Part shown: piece by piece, positions 62,701 through 64,000 of the stretch
Position numbering within the stretch: the stretch's first letter is position 1
How the letters are laid out: every line of letters starts with the position of its first letter
The notes under the pieces: generated by a model
The model's input: the letters and a program-made list of their open reading frames with translations, nothing else
Databases searched by the model: none
What the model was told of the DNA's origin: nothing
Source of the DNA: Yuukianura sp. NJ FZ-2021
Taxonomy: Eukaryota
DNA length: 64,000 nucleotides
Reading direction: 5' to 3'
Assembly: GCA_046563655.1 (NCBI GenBank)
Contig: CM102290.1
Span: 4,278,001 to 4,342,000 of the forward strand
Program-made: the position numbers and the translations under genes

Positions 62701-64000
62701 AAACTTTTTAAGATTTTGAATAAAGATTTTGTGAGTGAGGTGGAAGAAGTGTTTGAGAGAATTATGAAGTTTGTGGGTTTAGCATAAGTTGTGAAGTTGG
62801 AGTGACGGAGGCTATTTAGTAGGAGAGATGAAAGGAATAAAAGTTAATATTGAGTTAGTCTTCCCTTGACATCATCATCTTCTAAACCCTTTACTTTCAC
62901 TTGCTCAACTTCCCCTAGAAACTAAAGTTATAAGAGAAACTACGAGAGGAGGTTGAGGTTTTGGAGACTAGAGACTAGTGTTCGTAGTGGCAATGGTTAT
63001 AAATTTTAATATCCTTGGGAGAATCTAGAGCGGGAGTAAAGGAAACCCGTGGAGTGAGGGAGATTATCATGGATTTCGATAGCTATTTTCCTCCCATTAG
63101 TATCTTACGTTTTACTAAAGTTCTAGAGTCTTTGGATGGTTTCCGCTGGCTCAAATTGCCTTTTATTCTCGCCTCTCTCCATTGTCTTTTGCCCAAAGTT
63201 GGAGGAAGGGAAGGATGTTATGTGTGGGGAAAGGAGGAAATCATGAGTGATAATAAAAATCCGAACAGAGCAATAGAGAAAGTAGTTGTAGTTGTGAGGG
63301 GAGAGAGGAAGTTAACTGGAAAGTTATTTTCTGAATTACCACTATGGCCGAGGGCTTTCACCTTCTGATTCACTGCTCCATTTTCCTTTGTGAATTCCCA
63401 TTCCCTTCAAAAGTACTCTGGAAAAAGTTCATAGTGTACAGAGACTTTTGGAGTTTAGACGAAACCGTAGTTTTCAGACTAATATTCACAATGTTCAAGC
63501 AAGTTCAGCGCTGGAAGGACAAGTGCTAGTCGAAAAGTTTTTTTTGGCGCTAACAGCTAGTTTTTCCGTTTTTTGCTTTTTTGTGCTGTTTGCAGTTCAA
63601 GTTTTGCAGACAATAAAAATCAAAGTTAACACTATAACTGTAGAATGGGGATTGCTGTTTCGAAAAACTTTCTCTTTTGTTTGTGAAATTTCACTTTTGA
63701 CTTTAAGTCTTAACTGAAATCGCTCGGTAAACGAGGCTGGATACTTATTTCTGTTGTAGTGGAGCACTAAAAGAGAAAGTGAATCTCCTTGCTCCTTGTG
63801 GGATGTTTTGAAATGATGCAACGAGGGAGAGGAAAAGAAAGAAAAATTATCGCTTACTTCTTTGTTTTAGTTTTATCGTCACTTTATGAGGCGATTCCCA
63901 TTCGGAGACGTGATTCTGTTGGAATTACCTTTTGCCTAAAGTAGTAGTTGAGGACTTTGTGCTTTTGCCGTTGTTGGATGGGGGGTTTCCTGTAGCTCTT

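Noticed and set aside
56800..64000. Numerous 60-156 aa ORFs on both strands
   Set aside because: Phe/Leu/Ser- or Lys/Arg-rich by-products of skewed intron composition, with no domain motifs. Interpreted as tay intron, though small exons may have been missed.
1..64000. CRISPR array, prokaryotic defence system, rRNA/tRNA or autonomous transposon
   Set aside because: No regularly spaced repeats, operons, structural RNA signatures or transposase/RT ORFs were seen. All recognisable genes are intron-containing eukaryotic genes.

Overview
AT-rich eukaryotic genomic DNA with many short GT-AG introns. The gene content and dispersed TTAGG/CCTAA motifs suggest an arthropod, but the species cannot be fixed from sequence alone. 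Gene order: syntaxin-1 (-, 3' end runs off the left edge), Ran (+, head-to-head with syntaxin), mitochondrial EF-Tu (+), AIP (+), Mondo/ChREBP (-), a HEATR6-like HEAT protein (+), a secreted ricin-B-type lectin (-), a divergent PDSS2-like prenyltransferase-fold gene (-), a secreted two-repeat Cys-rich orphan (+), the sulfonylurea receptor (+), and the 5' exons of an AUTS2/tay-family gene (+, runs off the right edge). Several small non-autonomous transposon relics are present (hAT-like MITE, Tc2/pogo-like MITE, two DINE/Helitron-like pieces). The most notable observations are: (1) the Syx1-Ran-EF-Tu-Mondo-AUTS2 linkage mirrors the human 7q11/12q24/16p11 paralogous regions; (2) a His/Cys-Pro repeat extension on Mondo; (3) an R-domain-like phospho-motif linker in SUR; (4) a 5-kb island of three divergent small genes. 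No prokaryotic system, CRISPR array, rRNA or tRNA was seen. Exon boundaries were read by eye and are approximate.
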